DNA from: a virus
Taxonomy: Duplodnaviria; Caudoviricetes
IMG/VR virus record: IMGVR_UViG_3300037604_000033
Span: 1 to 41,691 of that record
Strand: one strand, 5' to 3'
Length of the DNA stretch: 41,691 nt
Below, one piece after another: positions 32,900 through 41,691 of this stretch (the stretch's first letter is position 1; every line of letters begins with the position of its first letter). The position numbers and the translations under genes are program-made. Below the pieces are notes generated by a model. That model was not told the DNA's origin. It saw only the letters and a program-made list of their open reading frames with translations, and did no database searches.

Positions 32900-33415
32900 T
32901 TGAAAGCGAAGATGACAGAAGCGCGTGAGCTGGTCGGGCCGGGTAACCAGCTGACCGAGTTTCCGGTCGGCGCAATCGTGTCGGGCAAGACGGCGCGCGT
33001 GGCGTTGGCCAACGGATGGGCCGAGGAAGTCCCGGACGATACGCCGGAGAGCGCGCCGGCGGAGGTCTCCGGCGAGCAGACGCCATCTCAGGCCGTGGCC
33101 GCCATGGTCGACGCTCTGGGCCAGGCCAAGCGCGATCTCGCCGAGCGCGATGCGCGGATCGCCGAGCTGGAGGCGCGCCAGGGCGACGCCGACGATGAGA
33201 GCGCGCGCTCGACCATCCAGGCCGCCGAGGATGAGGCCGCCCGGATCATGGCGCGGGCGGAAGAGGACGCCGGAAAGATCGTCGATGAAGCCAAGGCGAA
33301 GGCCGCCGAGATCGTCGCTGACGCCGAGAAGAAGGCGAAAGGGACGCTCAATGCGGAGCTGGATGCGCTCAAGGCGGGCAAGACCACCAAGAGCGGCGGC
33401 GGCTCGGCGAAGTAA
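32900..33415 (+). CDS. Hypothetical head-associated protein with coiled-coil repeats
   Basis: Between capsid and connector; GGGAG RBS before TTG; 11-residue A..EA..I periodicity. Confidence 0.7.
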   Translation: MKAKMTEARELVGPGNQLTEFPVGAIVSGKTARVALANGWAEEVPDDTPESAPAEVSGEQTPSQAVAAMVDALGQAKRDLAERDARIAELEARQGDADDESARSTIQAAEDEAARIMARAEEDAGKIVDEAKAKAAEIVADAEKKAKGTLNAELDALKAGKTTKSGGGSAK

Positions 33416-33421
33416 CGCGCC

Positions 33422-34027
33422 ATGACGTTCGTCATCCCAAGCCTGGACCCGGTGCAGACGATGGCGCCGGGCGCCTTGCCTGTCTCTCTCGCCCTGGCGA
33501 AGGCGCATATGCGCATCGACCATGCCGAGGAAGACTCGCTCATCGAGCAGTATCTCAGAGCGGCGACGGCGCATCTGGACGCGCGGCGGGGCGTGCTCGG
33601 GTTCTGCCTGATCGCGCAGCGCTGGCGGCAGGACTTCCCGCGCTGGGGGCGTCTGCGGCTTCCCTTCGGGCCGGTGCGCTCGGATGGCCTGGTCTCGGTC
33701 GATTATGTCGACGCGGCGGGCGCGGTGCAGCCCTACGCGGTGCCGGCGGGAACGGTGGTCTATTCGGAGCATGGCGCGCTGTGGGTGGAGCTGACGCCGG
33801 GCCTGGCGCTCGCCTCGCGGCCCGACGCGGTGCGCGTGACCTTCGAGGCCGGAGAGGTCGAGGTCGAAGAGGACACGTACAATGTGCCGCCGCAGATCGT
33901 GCAGGCGATCCTGCATCTGACGGCGTTCATGTATGAAAATCGCGACATGGAACCGCCGCAGGCGGGCTCTCCCGTGGCCATCGGCGTCGACCGGCTGCTC
34001 GATCCGATCCGAAAGCGGCGTGTCTGA
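33422..34027 (+). CDS. Head-tail connector (gp6-like)
   Basis: PVSL..AKAHMRID..ED.LI..Y..AA, VP..I.QAIL....YENR. Confidence 0.9.
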   Translation: MTFVIPSLDPVQTMAPGALPVSLALAKAHMRIDHAEEDSLIEQYLRAATAHLDARRGVLGFCLIAQRWRQDFPRWGRLRLPFGPVRSDGLVSVDYVDAAGAVQPYAVPAGTVVYSEHGALWVELTPGLALASRPDAVRVTFEAGEVEVEEDTYNVPPQIVQAILHLTAFMYENRDMEPPQAGSPVAIGVDRLLDPIRKRRV

Positions 34028-34356
34028 TGCGGGCTGGTCGCCTCAATGAGCGCATCTCGATCATGCGGTCGACGTCTGTTCCCGATGGCGGCGGTGGGGA
34101 AACCCAGACATGGGCGGAGGCCGGCCAGCGCTGGGGCGCGTTCAAGCCGGTCGATGCGCGCGTGCGGGCCGAGCAGGTATCCGGCGGGGCGCAGGTCGCG
34201 CCGACAGGCGGCGTCGTGACGCTGCGCGCCGACACGCTGACGCGCTCGCTGAGCATCGACGATGTGCTCGAGTTCGCTGGGCGGAGCTGGAATGTCCGCG
34301 AGGTGCAGCCGGCGACGCGCTATGGCTCGATTTCCGTGGCGGTTGAAAGCGAATGA
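34027..34356 (+). CDS. Head closure / head-tail adaptor (SPP1 gp16-like)
   Basis: MRAGRLNERI.I.....DG.GG...W motif and gene position. Confidence 0.88.
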   Translation: MRAGRLNERISIMRSTSVPDGGGGETQTWAEAGQRWGAFKPVDARVRAEQVSGGAQVAPTGGVVTLRADTLTRSLSIDDVLEFAGRSWNVREVQPATRYGSISVAVESE

Positions 34357-34904
34357 GCGATTACCTGCCGGGCGATGGCCGCCAGCGGATCGAGGGCGAC
34401 CTCTCCGAGGATATCGAGCGGGCAATCGGCCTCAACAGCGACCGCCCGGTCTCGAAAGGCGGGTCGAGTCGCGTCAAGGGCGCGCGCGAGCTCCGGTCTA
34501 AGCTCCGGCGCATGCCGGCGGCGCTGAAGGCCGAGGTGCGCGAGATCAATGAGCACGCGGCGCGCGAGGCGCACGCATCCGGGCTCGCCTGGATGGACGC
34601 GCTCGGCATCGGCAACATCACGGGGCAGCTCCGCAAACAGTACCGGTGGAAGGTCTCGCGCAACGGGCTTTCGGCCCGCGTCGGCTATCTGACCAAGGCC
34701 GCCCGGCGGAAGGTGTTTTACGCGATGTTCCTGCACAACGGCACGCGCCACATCGTGGCGCGGCCGTTTCATCAGCTCGCCATCGACGAAAGCCGGCTCA
34801 AGTGGGCGACCAACCTGCGGTCGATGCTTTCGCAGATCGTCAATCAGCGCGATGTCGGCGGGCGCCGCGTCTACCGCGCGCCGAGGTGGAAGCGCCGCCG
34901 ATGA
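34353..34904 (+). CDS. HK97 gp10-like neck protein
   Basis: V.G..EL..KL, TG.LR, FYA.F...GT....ARPF. Confidence 0.8.
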   Translation: MSDYLPGDGRQRIEGDLSEDIERAIGLNSDRPVSKGGSSRVKGARELRSKLRRMPAALKAEVREINEHAAREAHASGLAWMDALGIGNITGQLRKQYRWKVSRNGLSARVGYLTKAARRKVFYAMFLHNGTRHIVARPFHQLAIDESRLKWATNLRSMLSQIVNQRDVGGRRVYRAPRWKRRR

Positions 34905-35308
34905 CCGTAGAACGCTCCTGGGAGTTCCAGACGGGGCTTTATGACCTGGTCTCGGCCGCACTCGTCGGCGAGGGCCTGAGCGGCGGCGACGTGCCGGTCT
35001 ATGACCGCGCGCGAGCCAACCCGCCAGCGCTCTTCGCCAGGCTCGACAGCCATAATGTCGTCGACGCGGAGGTGAAGGCGGGCGCGGCCGCGCAGCACGG
35101 GATGACGGTGCATCTGTTCCACAGCGACGCGACCAGCCGGGCCGAGATCAAGCGGCTTGCCGGCGTGGTCGCGGCCGCTCTGCGCGACCAGGTCGTCGCC
35201 GGCGGCGCGCTGCAGATCGAGACAACAGCCTTTCAGGTGGATGACGACGGGCAGGCCGAGCACGCCATGCTGCGCGTCTCCGCCTGGATCATGCCGGCGA
35301 CGGCGTAA
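34901..35308 (+). CDS. Tail completion/terminator protein (DUF3168-like)
   Basis: VYD...P..F, H..TVHL, ..AAL pattern; directly upstream of the tail tube gene. Confidence 0.7.
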   Translation: MTVERSWEFQTGLYDLVSAALVGEGLSGGDVPVYDRARANPPALFARLDSHNVVDAEVKAGAAAQHGMTVHLFHSDATSRAEIKRLAGVVAAALRDQVVAGGALQIETTAFQVDDDGQAEHAMLRVSAWIMPATA

Positions 35309-35346
35309 CCGACCGGCGCTGCCGGCGTTCAACTCAAGGGGCAGAA

Positions 35347-35757
35347 ATGGCCGACTCCAAACGCTTCAAGGTTTTCATCAGCTCGGACGGGACCGACGCC
35401 GGTTCGAAGAACGAGCTGGCCTCGCAGGGCGACTTGACCGTGAACCTGGGCAAATCGACCGAGCGCGTGGTGCAGAAGAATGCGGTGCATTCCTACTCGA
35501 CCGATGAGGGCTTCTCCGTCGACGGCTCGTTCATCCCGGCGCGGCCGCTCTCGGTCGCGCAGGCCGCGCTCATGACGGCGCACGACAATGAGACGACCGT
35601 CTACGCCTGGATTGAGGACGAAGCGACCGGCGGCCTTTCGTTCGAAGGCGACTTCAAGGTGGCCATCTCGAACCTGGACGCGCCGGCGCAGGGCGTTCAA
35701 CAGCTCAACTATTCGTTGAGCGCCGAGGGCTCGGTCACGCGGGGCGTCGTTTCCTGA
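35347..35757 (+). CDS. Major tail tube protein
   Basis: 136 aa; FEG.F.V..L...A......YSLS..G.VT C-terminal pattern; position. Confidence 0.75.
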   Translation: MADSKRFKVFISSDGTDAGSKNELASQGDLTVNLGKSTERVVQKNAVHSYSTDEGFSVDGSFIPARPLSVAQAALMTAHDNETTVYAWIEDEATGGLSFEGDFKVAISNLDAPAQGVQQLNYSLSAEGSVTRGVVS

Positions 35758-36125
35758 TGCGTGAACGCGTCATGATGTGGGTCGGCGGGGGCGAGCATCC
35801 GCTCGCGCCGACCTACGGCGCCGCCGCCGAGATCGAGGCGGCGACGCAAAGCTCGCTCGGGCAGCTCTGGCAGGCGCACGCCGCCGGCGCGCTGCAGATC
35901 GGAGAAATGGCGGCCATCGTGACGGCCGGCATGAACGCGGCGAAGGCCGACGCGGCCGAGCTGCGCGACGTCGCCGAGCACATCTTCGATCGCGGCGTCG
36001 GGGATGTGAAACAGCGGCGCGAGATCGCCGCCTTTCTCGCAGCCATGCTCTGGGCGCCCGCCGAGGCGCGGGAAAAGCTCGCGGCCGAATGGGGCGAGCC
36101 CGAGACGAACGCGGAGGCGGCGTGA
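35757..36125 (+). CDS. Tail assembly chaperone (GTA gp10-like)
   Basis: L.PT.GA.AEIE pattern; between tube and tape measure. Confidence 0.7.
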   Translation: MRERVMMWVGGGEHPLAPTYGAAAEIEAATQSSLGQLWQAHAAGALQIGEMAAIVTAGMNAAKADAAELRDVAEHIFDRGVGDVKQRREIAAFLAAMLWAPAEAREKLAAEWGEPETNAEAA

Positions 36126-36283
36126 TCTCGGACCTGTTCGGCTTCGCGGTCGCGCATCTGAGCTGGCGGCCGGCTGACTTCTACTCGGCGACGCCGCGCG
36201 AGTTCTGGGCGGCCGCCTCGGCGGTCGAGGCCGCGCAGCCGAAGCGCTCGGGGCTCATCAACACGGGCGGAGAGGTGTTCTAG
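36122..36283 (+). CDS. Small tail assembly chaperone (gpT-like)
   Basis: L.W.P..FY.ATP.EF motif; GTG start with GGAGG; lies in the -1 frame of the upstream chaperone. Confidence 0.75.
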   Translation: MISDLFGFAVAHLSWRPADFYSATPREFWAAASAVEAAQPKRSGLINTGGEVF

Positions 36284-38998
36284 GTGGAGCGGCTTCTAAC
36301 CGTCTTCGACGCGGCTACGGCGCCGTTCGAGAAGGGCGTCTCGCGGGTCGAGCGCGCCCTCGGTCGCTTCGAGCGCGGCGTCGACAAGCGTCTGCGCAAT
36401 TTTGACCGGCGCTTCGAGCAGTCGGCGCGCTCCATCCGCATGCTCGAGCGCGCGCTCATCGCGCTCGGAACGGGCGCCGCCGCCAACGCTGCGCGAAAGT
36501 ACGCCGAGAGCTGGCGTCAGTTGCAGCGCTTCATGACCGCTGCGGGCTTCGAGGCCGAGGACGCCCGAGACCGGATCATCGCCGCGTCAATGCGCGTGCG
36601 CGGCGATGCCGAGCAGTTCGCGCTTGCGGTCAAGCAGCTCGGTCTCGCGACCGGCGATGGTCTCGACCTGACCATCCGCCGCGCCGAGACGCTGCAGAAG
36701 CTCCTGAAACTGAACGGCGCGACGGCGGCGCAAGCCGGCTCGACGATGCTGCAGCTCACGCAGGCGATCCGGGCCGGGACGCTGCAGGGCGATGAATTCC
36801 GCTCTCTGCGGGAGAACGCGCCGGCGCAGTTCATGGAAGCCATCGCGCGCGAGGCCGGGGCGACCATCGCCGACCTGCGCCAGCTCTCGAAGGAAGGCAA
36901 GCTCTCCGCCGACCTGGTCATCGGCGCGCTCGACAGCCTGGACGGCCTCGCGGACAGGAAATTCGCCAAGCTCGCGCTCTCTGGCGAAGAGGCGTTCAAG
37001 ATTCTCGAAACCGGGCTCGCCAAGTTCGTTGGACAGGTCGATGAGAGTCTCGGCGCGACCGAGACGATAAACCGCGCGATCGCCGATATGGGCGAGTGGC
37101 TCGCCGGCGCCAGCGAAGAGGCTGAAGTCTTCGCGCAAGGTCTCAAGTATGTCGCCGCCGCCGCCGCCTCGCTCGGCGTCGGGCTCTTCGGCGCCAAGGC
37201 GGTCAACAGCGCGCAGCGGATGATCGTGGCCCGCCGGGCGCTGATCGCCGCCGCCGTCGCCGAGAACGCAGAGGCGCAGAAAAATCTCGTGCTCGCCCGC
37301 TCGAAGGCGGCGGCGGCAGGGGCAAGCGCGGCGGCGGCCAATACGCTCGCGGTGGCGGAGGCGCGGGCTGCGACGGCCGCGAACGCCCTGGCGGCTGCGC
37401 AGCAGCGGGTCACGCTGGCGGCGACAGCGGCGACAGCGGCGACGGCTGCGTTTTCGCGCGTCCTGGCGTTCTTCGGGGGGCCGGTCGGCCTGGTGTTCAC
37501 GGCCCTTGCCGCCGGCGCGATTTACTACACGGCGCAGGCCGGCGCGGCCCGGCGTGAAACCGAATTGCTCGCCAACACGGGCGATGACCTGGTTTCGACC
37601 ATGGACCAGCTCGCCGACAAGCAGCGGCAGGTCGCCGAGCTGGCGGGCGCTGCCGGCGGCGCGCAGACCGAGGCCTCACGGCAGGCGCGCGTCGCGCTCA
37701 ACGCCGAAATCGCGGTGCTCGAGCTGAAGCTCGAAAAGATGCGCGAAGAGCTTCGCCTTGCGCAGGATGTGCGCGTCTCGCGCGGCGTCGAGCTGGGCCG
37801 CGAAGTGGTCGAGCTGACCAGGGCGATCGACCTTTATGAGCGAGTCAAGAAAGTGCGTCCCGACGCGGTGTCTCAAACCGGGCAGACGCTCGAAGAGATG
37901 CGGGCGACGCGCGATTCGCTCATCCAGGAAAGCCGCATGCTTTCGACCGATTACGCGCTCGCCGACGCCCGGCTGAAGGCGGCCGAAGAGCGCGCGAAGG
38001 CCGCCAAGGCGGCGGCCGACGCGCCGGCTGGCGCCGGAGCTGGCGCCACGGGCGGCGGCAAGGGGAAGAAGGACAAGCCGCCCGAGCTGCAGGGGCCCGA
38101 GTATGATCCCGGCGCGCTGTTTCGCGACCAGCTCCGCGAGGCGCGCGAGCTGCTGGATGAAAACCGCACGGCCGAGGAAAGGCTCGCGCGGGCCAAGCAG
38201 CATCTGCTCGACCTGCAGCCGGCGCTTGTCGAGGCGATTCGCGCCGAGGCTTTCGCGCATGGCGAGGTGATCTCTGCAGCCGAGGCCGAGGCGCAGGCCA
38301 AGGCGGCGATCGAACGCGCCAATGAGCGTCTGGTCGAGAGCGCCGAGACGGTGCAGAACGCGCAGCGCGAGGCGATGCGCGAGTTTGCGCAGGGCATCGC
38401 CTCGACCATCCGCGAGGCCGACAACCTCTCGGACGCGCTCGACAGGATCGCCGACCAGCTTCTCGACATGGTGCTCGATGACGCCTTCTCGACCCTGTTT
38501 GGCGGAAAGGCGTCATCGCCGCTCGGCTCCATCTTCGGTTTCATCAGCTCGGGGATCGGATCGCTCCTGGGCGGCGGCGGCGGTTTCACGGGGCTCGGCA
38601 TCTTCGCCGATGGCGGCATGGTGCGCGGTCCTGGCACGGGGCGCAGCGACAGCATCCCGGCCCGGCTGAGCAATGGCGAATTCGTCGTCAACGCTCGCGC
38701 CACGGCCAGAAATCGCGGGCTGCTCGAGGCCATCAACAGCGGCCGCGCATTCGCCGATGGCGGCCTGGTCACGCCCTCGCCTGCGCCGGTCATGGCGCCG
38801 CCGCCGGTGATCTCGCCGCGCGCCGGCGTCGCGGCGACCTTCGCGCCCTCGATCACGGTCAACGTCGATGGCGGCGATGATCCGCAGGGGACCGGCCAGG
38901 CCGCCGCCCGCGCCGTGCAGGCGGCAGTGCAGGCCGAGATGGCGAAAAGCCTTCGCCCTGGCGGCCTTCTCGACAATGCCCTGAAGGGGAAGCGCTGA
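36284..38998 (+). CDS. Tape measure protein
   Basis: 904 aa, Ala-rich helical; QL.QA...G.LQGDEFRSL.ENAP domain; FADGG.V.GPGTG.SDSIPA.LSNGEFV. Confidence 0.95.
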   Translation: MERLLTVFDAATAPFEKGVSRVERALGRFERGVDKRLRNFDRRFEQSARSIRMLERALIALGTGAAANAARKYAESWRQLQRFMTAAGFEAEDARDRIIAASMRVRGDAEQFALAVKQLGLATGDGLDLTIRRAETLQKLLKLNGATAAQAGSTMLQLTQAIRAGTLQGDEFRSLRENAPAQFMEAIAREAGATIADLRQLSKEGKLSADLVIGALDSLDGLADRKFAKLALSGEEAFKILETGLAKFVGQVDESLGATETINRAIADMGEWLAGASEEAEVFAQGLKYVAAAAASLGVGLFGAKAVNSAQRMIVARRALIAAAVAENAEAQKNLVLARSKAAAAGASAAAANTLAVAEARAATAANALAAAQQRVTLAATAATAATAAFSRVLAFFGGPVGLVFTALAAGAIYYTAQAGAARRETELLANTGDDLVSTMDQLADKQRQVAELAGAAGGAQTEASRQARVALNAEIAVLELKLEKMREELRLAQDVRVSRGVELGREVVELTRAIDLYERVKKVRPDAVSQTGQTLEEMRATRDSLIQESRMLSTDYALADARLKAAEERAKAAKAAADAPAGAGAGATGGGKGKKDKPPELQGPEYDPGALFRDQLREARELLDENRTAEERLARAKQHLLDLQPALVEAIRAEAFAHGEVISAAEAEAQAKAAIERANERLVESAETVQNAQREAMREFAQGIASTIREADNLSDALDRIADQLLDMVLDDAFSTLFGGKASSPLGSIFGFISSGIGSLLGGGGGFTGLGIFADGGMVRGPGTGRSDSIPARLSNGEFVVNARATARNRGLLEAINSGRAFADGGLVTPSPAPVMAPPPVISPRAGVAATFAPSITVNVDGGDDPQGTGQAAARAVQAAVQAEMAKSLRPGGLLDNALKGKR

Positions 38999-38999
38999 C

Positions 39000-39350
39000 A
39001 TGCCCGAGACCCTGACCGTGCGCGAGCCGCGCCTCACGGGCCAGCAGACGCAGCATTCGGCGACGGTGATTGTCGCCGAGTTCGAAGGCGGATACCGGCA
39101 GCGCGCCCGCCCCGGCCCGAACGGCGTCCGCCGGCGGCTCTCGCTCGAATGGCCGGGCATGCCGGAGGCCGAGGCCGAGACCCTGCTCGCATTCCTCAAG
39201 GCGCGCGGCGGGGCCGAGGCTTTCTTCTACACGCCGCCGGGCGAGTCTGCGGCGGTGCTCTGGACCTGCGCGAGCTGGTCCGACGCCTGGGTCGGGCGCT
39301 CCGCGCGCACGGTCACGGCTCAGTTCGAAGAGGAATTTGACCTTGTCTAA
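39000..39350 (+). CDS. Minor tail protein M-like (distal tail)
   Basis: F..GY.QR...G.N, FL.ARGG.EAF.YTPP, W.C..W, A.FEE. Confidence 0.88.
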   Translation: MPETLTVREPRLTGQQTQHSATVIVAEFEGGYRQRARPGPNGVRRRLSLEWPGMPEAEAETLLAFLKARGGAEAFFYTPPGESAAVLWTCASWSDAWVGRSARTVTAQFEEEFDLV

Positions 39351-39351
39351 G

Positions 39352-39498
39352 ATGACCGCGCGACTGCGGCAGGCCTCCGACCTGCTGAAAACCGCGATTG
39401 TGGCAGTGATCCTCGCCGCCGCGCTCGGGATGCTCTGCCTCGGCGCCTACGCCATCGTGACGGGCTCGCCGCTCACGATCCGGGTTCAGATGGGCTGA
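39352..39498 (+). CDS. Small single-TM protein (48 aa)
   Basis: MTARLRQASDLLKTAIVAVILAAALGMLCLGAYAIV..; exactly fills the M-L gap; GAGGA upstream. Confidence 0.55.
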   Translation: MTARLRQASDLLKTAIVAVILAAALGMLCLGAYAIVTGSPLTIRVQMG

Positions 39499-39505
39499 GC
39501 GCGCG

Positions 39506-40279
39506 ATGCCGCATCCTCTCGACGCCGACCTTGCCGAAGCGCTCGAAGGCTTCGACGTCGGCGAAGTGGTCGAGCTGTTCCAGCTCGACGCCACGGACAT
39601 CGGCGGCGAGGTGTATAGCTTCGCGCCCTCGCCCGTGATCGACGCGGACGGCGACCAGGCCTTTCCGAGCTTCGGCGGCGTCGTCTACTCGGTGTTGCCG
39701 TTCACGCGCGAGGGCTTCGCCTGGTCCGGCTCCGGCCCGCTTCCGACGCCGCGCCTGACGTTCAGTCTGGCGCGTGAGGACGGCGACCAGGCGAGCGCGG
39801 CGACGGCGCTTCTGGCCCTGCTCGGTCCGCTCGACGACCTTCTCGGCGCGCGGGTCATCCGGCTTCGGACGCTTCGTCAGCATCTCGACGACGGCGACGA
39901 CCCGGACGCTGACGCGCATCTCGGGGCCGAGGTCTATGCGGTCGAGCGCAAGGCGGCGCAGACGGGCGACTCGGTGACCTTCGAGCTGCGATCGGCTCTC
40001 GATCATGAGGGCGTGACGCTCCCGCGCCGCCAGGCGCTCGACCGCTGCCAATGGCGCTATCGGGTCGCCAATGAGGCCGGCGACGGCTTCGATTATAGCC
40101 GGGCGACCTGCCCCTATACCGGCGCGGGGATGTTCGGCCTGGATGGCGGCGCGGTCGCGGCGCCGGCGCTCGACCGCTGCGCGAAAAACCTGGCCGACTG
40201 CAAGCTGCGCTTTGGCGCGGCGGCTGAGCTGCCTTTTGGCGGCTTCCCCGGCGTCGGCCGCATCAAGGGCGGAACATGA
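39506..40279 (+). CDS. Minor tail protein L-like
   Basis: ELF.LD, P.PRL, DL.GA.V.R.RT...LD, CQW.YR..C.Y.G..D.C.K....C.LRFG..LPFGGFPG. Confidence 0.92.
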   Translation: MPHPLDADLAEALEGFDVGEVVELFQLDATDIGGEVYSFAPSPVIDADGDQAFPSFGGVVYSVLPFTREGFAWSGSGPLPTPRLTFSLAREDGDQASAATALLALLGPLDDLLGARVIRLRTLRQHLDDGDDPDADAHLGAEVYAVERKAAQTGDSVTFELRSALDHEGVTLPRRQALDRCQWRYRVANEAGDGFDYSRATCPYTGAGMFGLDGGAVAAPALDRCAKNLADCKLRFGAAAELPFGGFPGVGRIKGGT

Positions 40280-41076
40280 CCGAAGCTCACTGGCCGGATT
40301 TCTTCCGGCGCCCGCGCGGCCCGTTCTCGCAGGCCGTGATCGACGCCGCATGCCGGCATGCGGCCGAGACGCCCGGCGAGGAAGCTTGCGGCCTTGTCCT
40401 GGCCGGCGAGTTCATGCCTTGCCGCAACGTCGCCGCCAACCCGGCCGAGGCCTTCGAGATCGACGCGGAAGCCCTCTCATGGGCGTTCACGGGCGGCGAA
40501 CTGGAGGGCGTCATCCACAGCCATCCGGGCGGCCCGTGGTGGCCAAGCGCTGCCGACATGGCTTCGCAGATCGAAACCGGCGTGCCGTGGGCCATCGTGA
40601 TCCCTGGCGAGCCCGAGTCGGGCTCTGGCGCGCTCGCCTGCGCGTGGGGCGATGGTTTGCCCGCGCCGGCGCTCTTCGACTCCGCTGGCCGGCATCAGCC
40701 GCGCGCGTTCTGTCATGGCGTCGCCGACTGCTACAGCATCGCCCGCGCCTACTATTCCGAGCAGGGCGCGCCGCTGCCCGAGTTTCCCCGCGATTGGGAG
40801 TGGTGGACCCGAGGCGCGAAGGGGCCGGAGCTCTACCTGCAGGGGTTCGAGGCTGCCGGCTTCGAGCTGGTCACGGTCGACCAGGCCGAGGCGCGTCGGC
40901 TGGCGCAGCCGGGCGACGCCTTCCTCAAGGCGCTCAAGAGCGAGACGCCGAATCATTGCGCCATGTATCTCGGCGACGGGCTCGCGCTCGATCATCTGCC
41001 GCTGCGGCTGAGCAGCACGCGGCCGGTGAATGTCGTGCTCTCGGGCATGACGCACCATCTGCGGCGGGTGCGCTGA
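40276..41076 (+). CDS. Tail tip assembly protein K-like (JAB/MPN + NlpC/P60)
   Basis: EACGL, HSHP.....PS..D, G..DCY, NH...YLG. Confidence 0.92.
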   Translation: MTEAHWPDFFRRPRGPFSQAVIDAACRHAAETPGEEACGLVLAGEFMPCRNVAANPAEAFEIDAEALSWAFTGGELEGVIHSHPGGPWWPSAADMASQIETGVPWAIVIPGEPESGSGALACAWGDGLPAPALFDSAGRHQPRAFCHGVADCYSIARAYYSEQGAPLPEFPRDWEWWTRGAKGPELYLQGFEAAGFELVTVDQAEARRLAQPGDAFLKALKSETPNHCAMYLGDGLALDHLPLRLSSTRPVNVVLSGMTHHLRRVR

Positions 41077-41687
41077 TGAGCGGCGTTGCGATCCATCTGC
41101 ATGGCCGCCTCGGCCGGCGGCTCGGGCGCGAGCTGGTGCGCCTGCGCGTCGTCTCCCCGGCGGAGGCCGTGCGGGCGCTCTGCACCATGCTGCCCGGCGC
41201 GCGCGAGGCGCTTGAGAGCGGCGCTTATCAGGTGGTCCGCCAGGCCGGCGCCGGGCGCCTGCGCCGGCAGCGCTCCGACCAGGCCGAGACCCTGCATCGG
41301 CGGTTCTCGCCCGGCGAGGGCGCGCTGCACATCGTCCCGCGCGTGCGCGGCCGCAAGCGCGGGGGCTTCGCCAAGATCATCCTGGGAACGCTGCTAGTGG
41401 CGGCGTCATTTTTCATCCCCGGCGCCGGCCTTCTCGGCGCCGGGGTCGTCACGCCTGGAGCGGTTCTCGGCATTGGGGTTTCGATGGCGCTCGGCGGCCT
41501 GGCGCAGCTTTTCGCGCCGAAGCCCAAGCGCCCTGACTCGCGCAGCGGCGAGCGCGAGACCTCAAACCTGTTCGCCGACAGCCAGAACAACGCCGACCCG
41601 GGATCGGCCATCCCGGTCGTCTTCGGCGTCGCCGAGGTCGGGTCGGTCGTGGTGTCGGCCGCCATCAAGGTCGAGGATCGGACATGA
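41076..41687 (+). CDS. Tail assembly protein I-like
   Basis: I.LHG.LG..G, SPAEA.RAL, HIVP...G.K, IPVVFG...VGSVVVSA; its 3' end is duplicated at 1-123. Confidence 0.9.
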   Translation: MSGVAIHLHGRLGRRLGRELVRLRVVSPAEAVRALCTMLPGAREALESGAYQVVRQAGAGRLRRQRSDQAETLHRRFSPGEGALHIVPRVRGRKRGGFAKIILGTLLVAASFFIPGAGLLGAGVVTPGAVLGIGVSMALGGLAQLFAPKPKRPDSRSGERETSNLFADSQNNADPGSAIPVVFGVAEVGSVVVSAAIKVEDRT

Positions 41688-41691
41688 TGCG
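41565..41691. repeat. Terminal direct repeat, copy 2 (circular-contig overlap)
   Basis: Identical to 1-127. Confidence 0.97.

Noticed and set aside
36066-36080. Programmed -1 frameshift (G/GT-like) at CGG GAA AAG
   Set aside because: The downstream ORF is in the -1 frame, but the heptamer is not in canonical X XXY YYZ phase and the ORF has its own GGAGG plus GTG start. It cannot be called from sequence alone.

Overview
The window is one apparently complete, circular genome of a temperate siphovirus: 41,564 bp unique sequence plus a 127-bp terminal overlap, very GC-rich. The host is most likely an alphaproteobacterium, inferred from MipZ-like, GapR-like and GTA-like tail genes. Layout on the circle: HNH-terS-terL-portal-ClpP protease-HK97 capsid-neck-tail tube-chaperones-tape measure-lambda-like M/L/K/I/J tail tip-fibre-lysis (M15 peptidase, overlapping spanins); then an intact attP carrying the 3' half of tRNA-Thr(GGT); a leftward early operon ending in xis/int; a cI/cro switch with three copies of an 18-20 bp operator palindrome; and a rightward early operon (C5 methylase, GapR-like, primase-like, helicase, putative origin, late regulator). 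The most unusual items are: (1) a tightly coupled three-gene cassette of a 953-aa membrane coiled-coil/acidic scaffold, a MipZ-like ATPase with an altered P-loop and an HTH protein, possibly a phage module that manipulates host division; (2) a stand-alone 141-aa paralogue of the tape-measure N-terminal domain outside the tail operon; (3) a C5 methyltransferase whose motif IX is encoded by a nested out-of-frame gene; (4) a CI that seems to have lost both autocleavage determinants; (5) a membrane-protein gene nested antisense inside the first pL gene. All family assignments come from motifs recognised by eye; no database searches were run. Many starts were moved downstream of the supplied ORF track on RBS and gene-overlap evidence.
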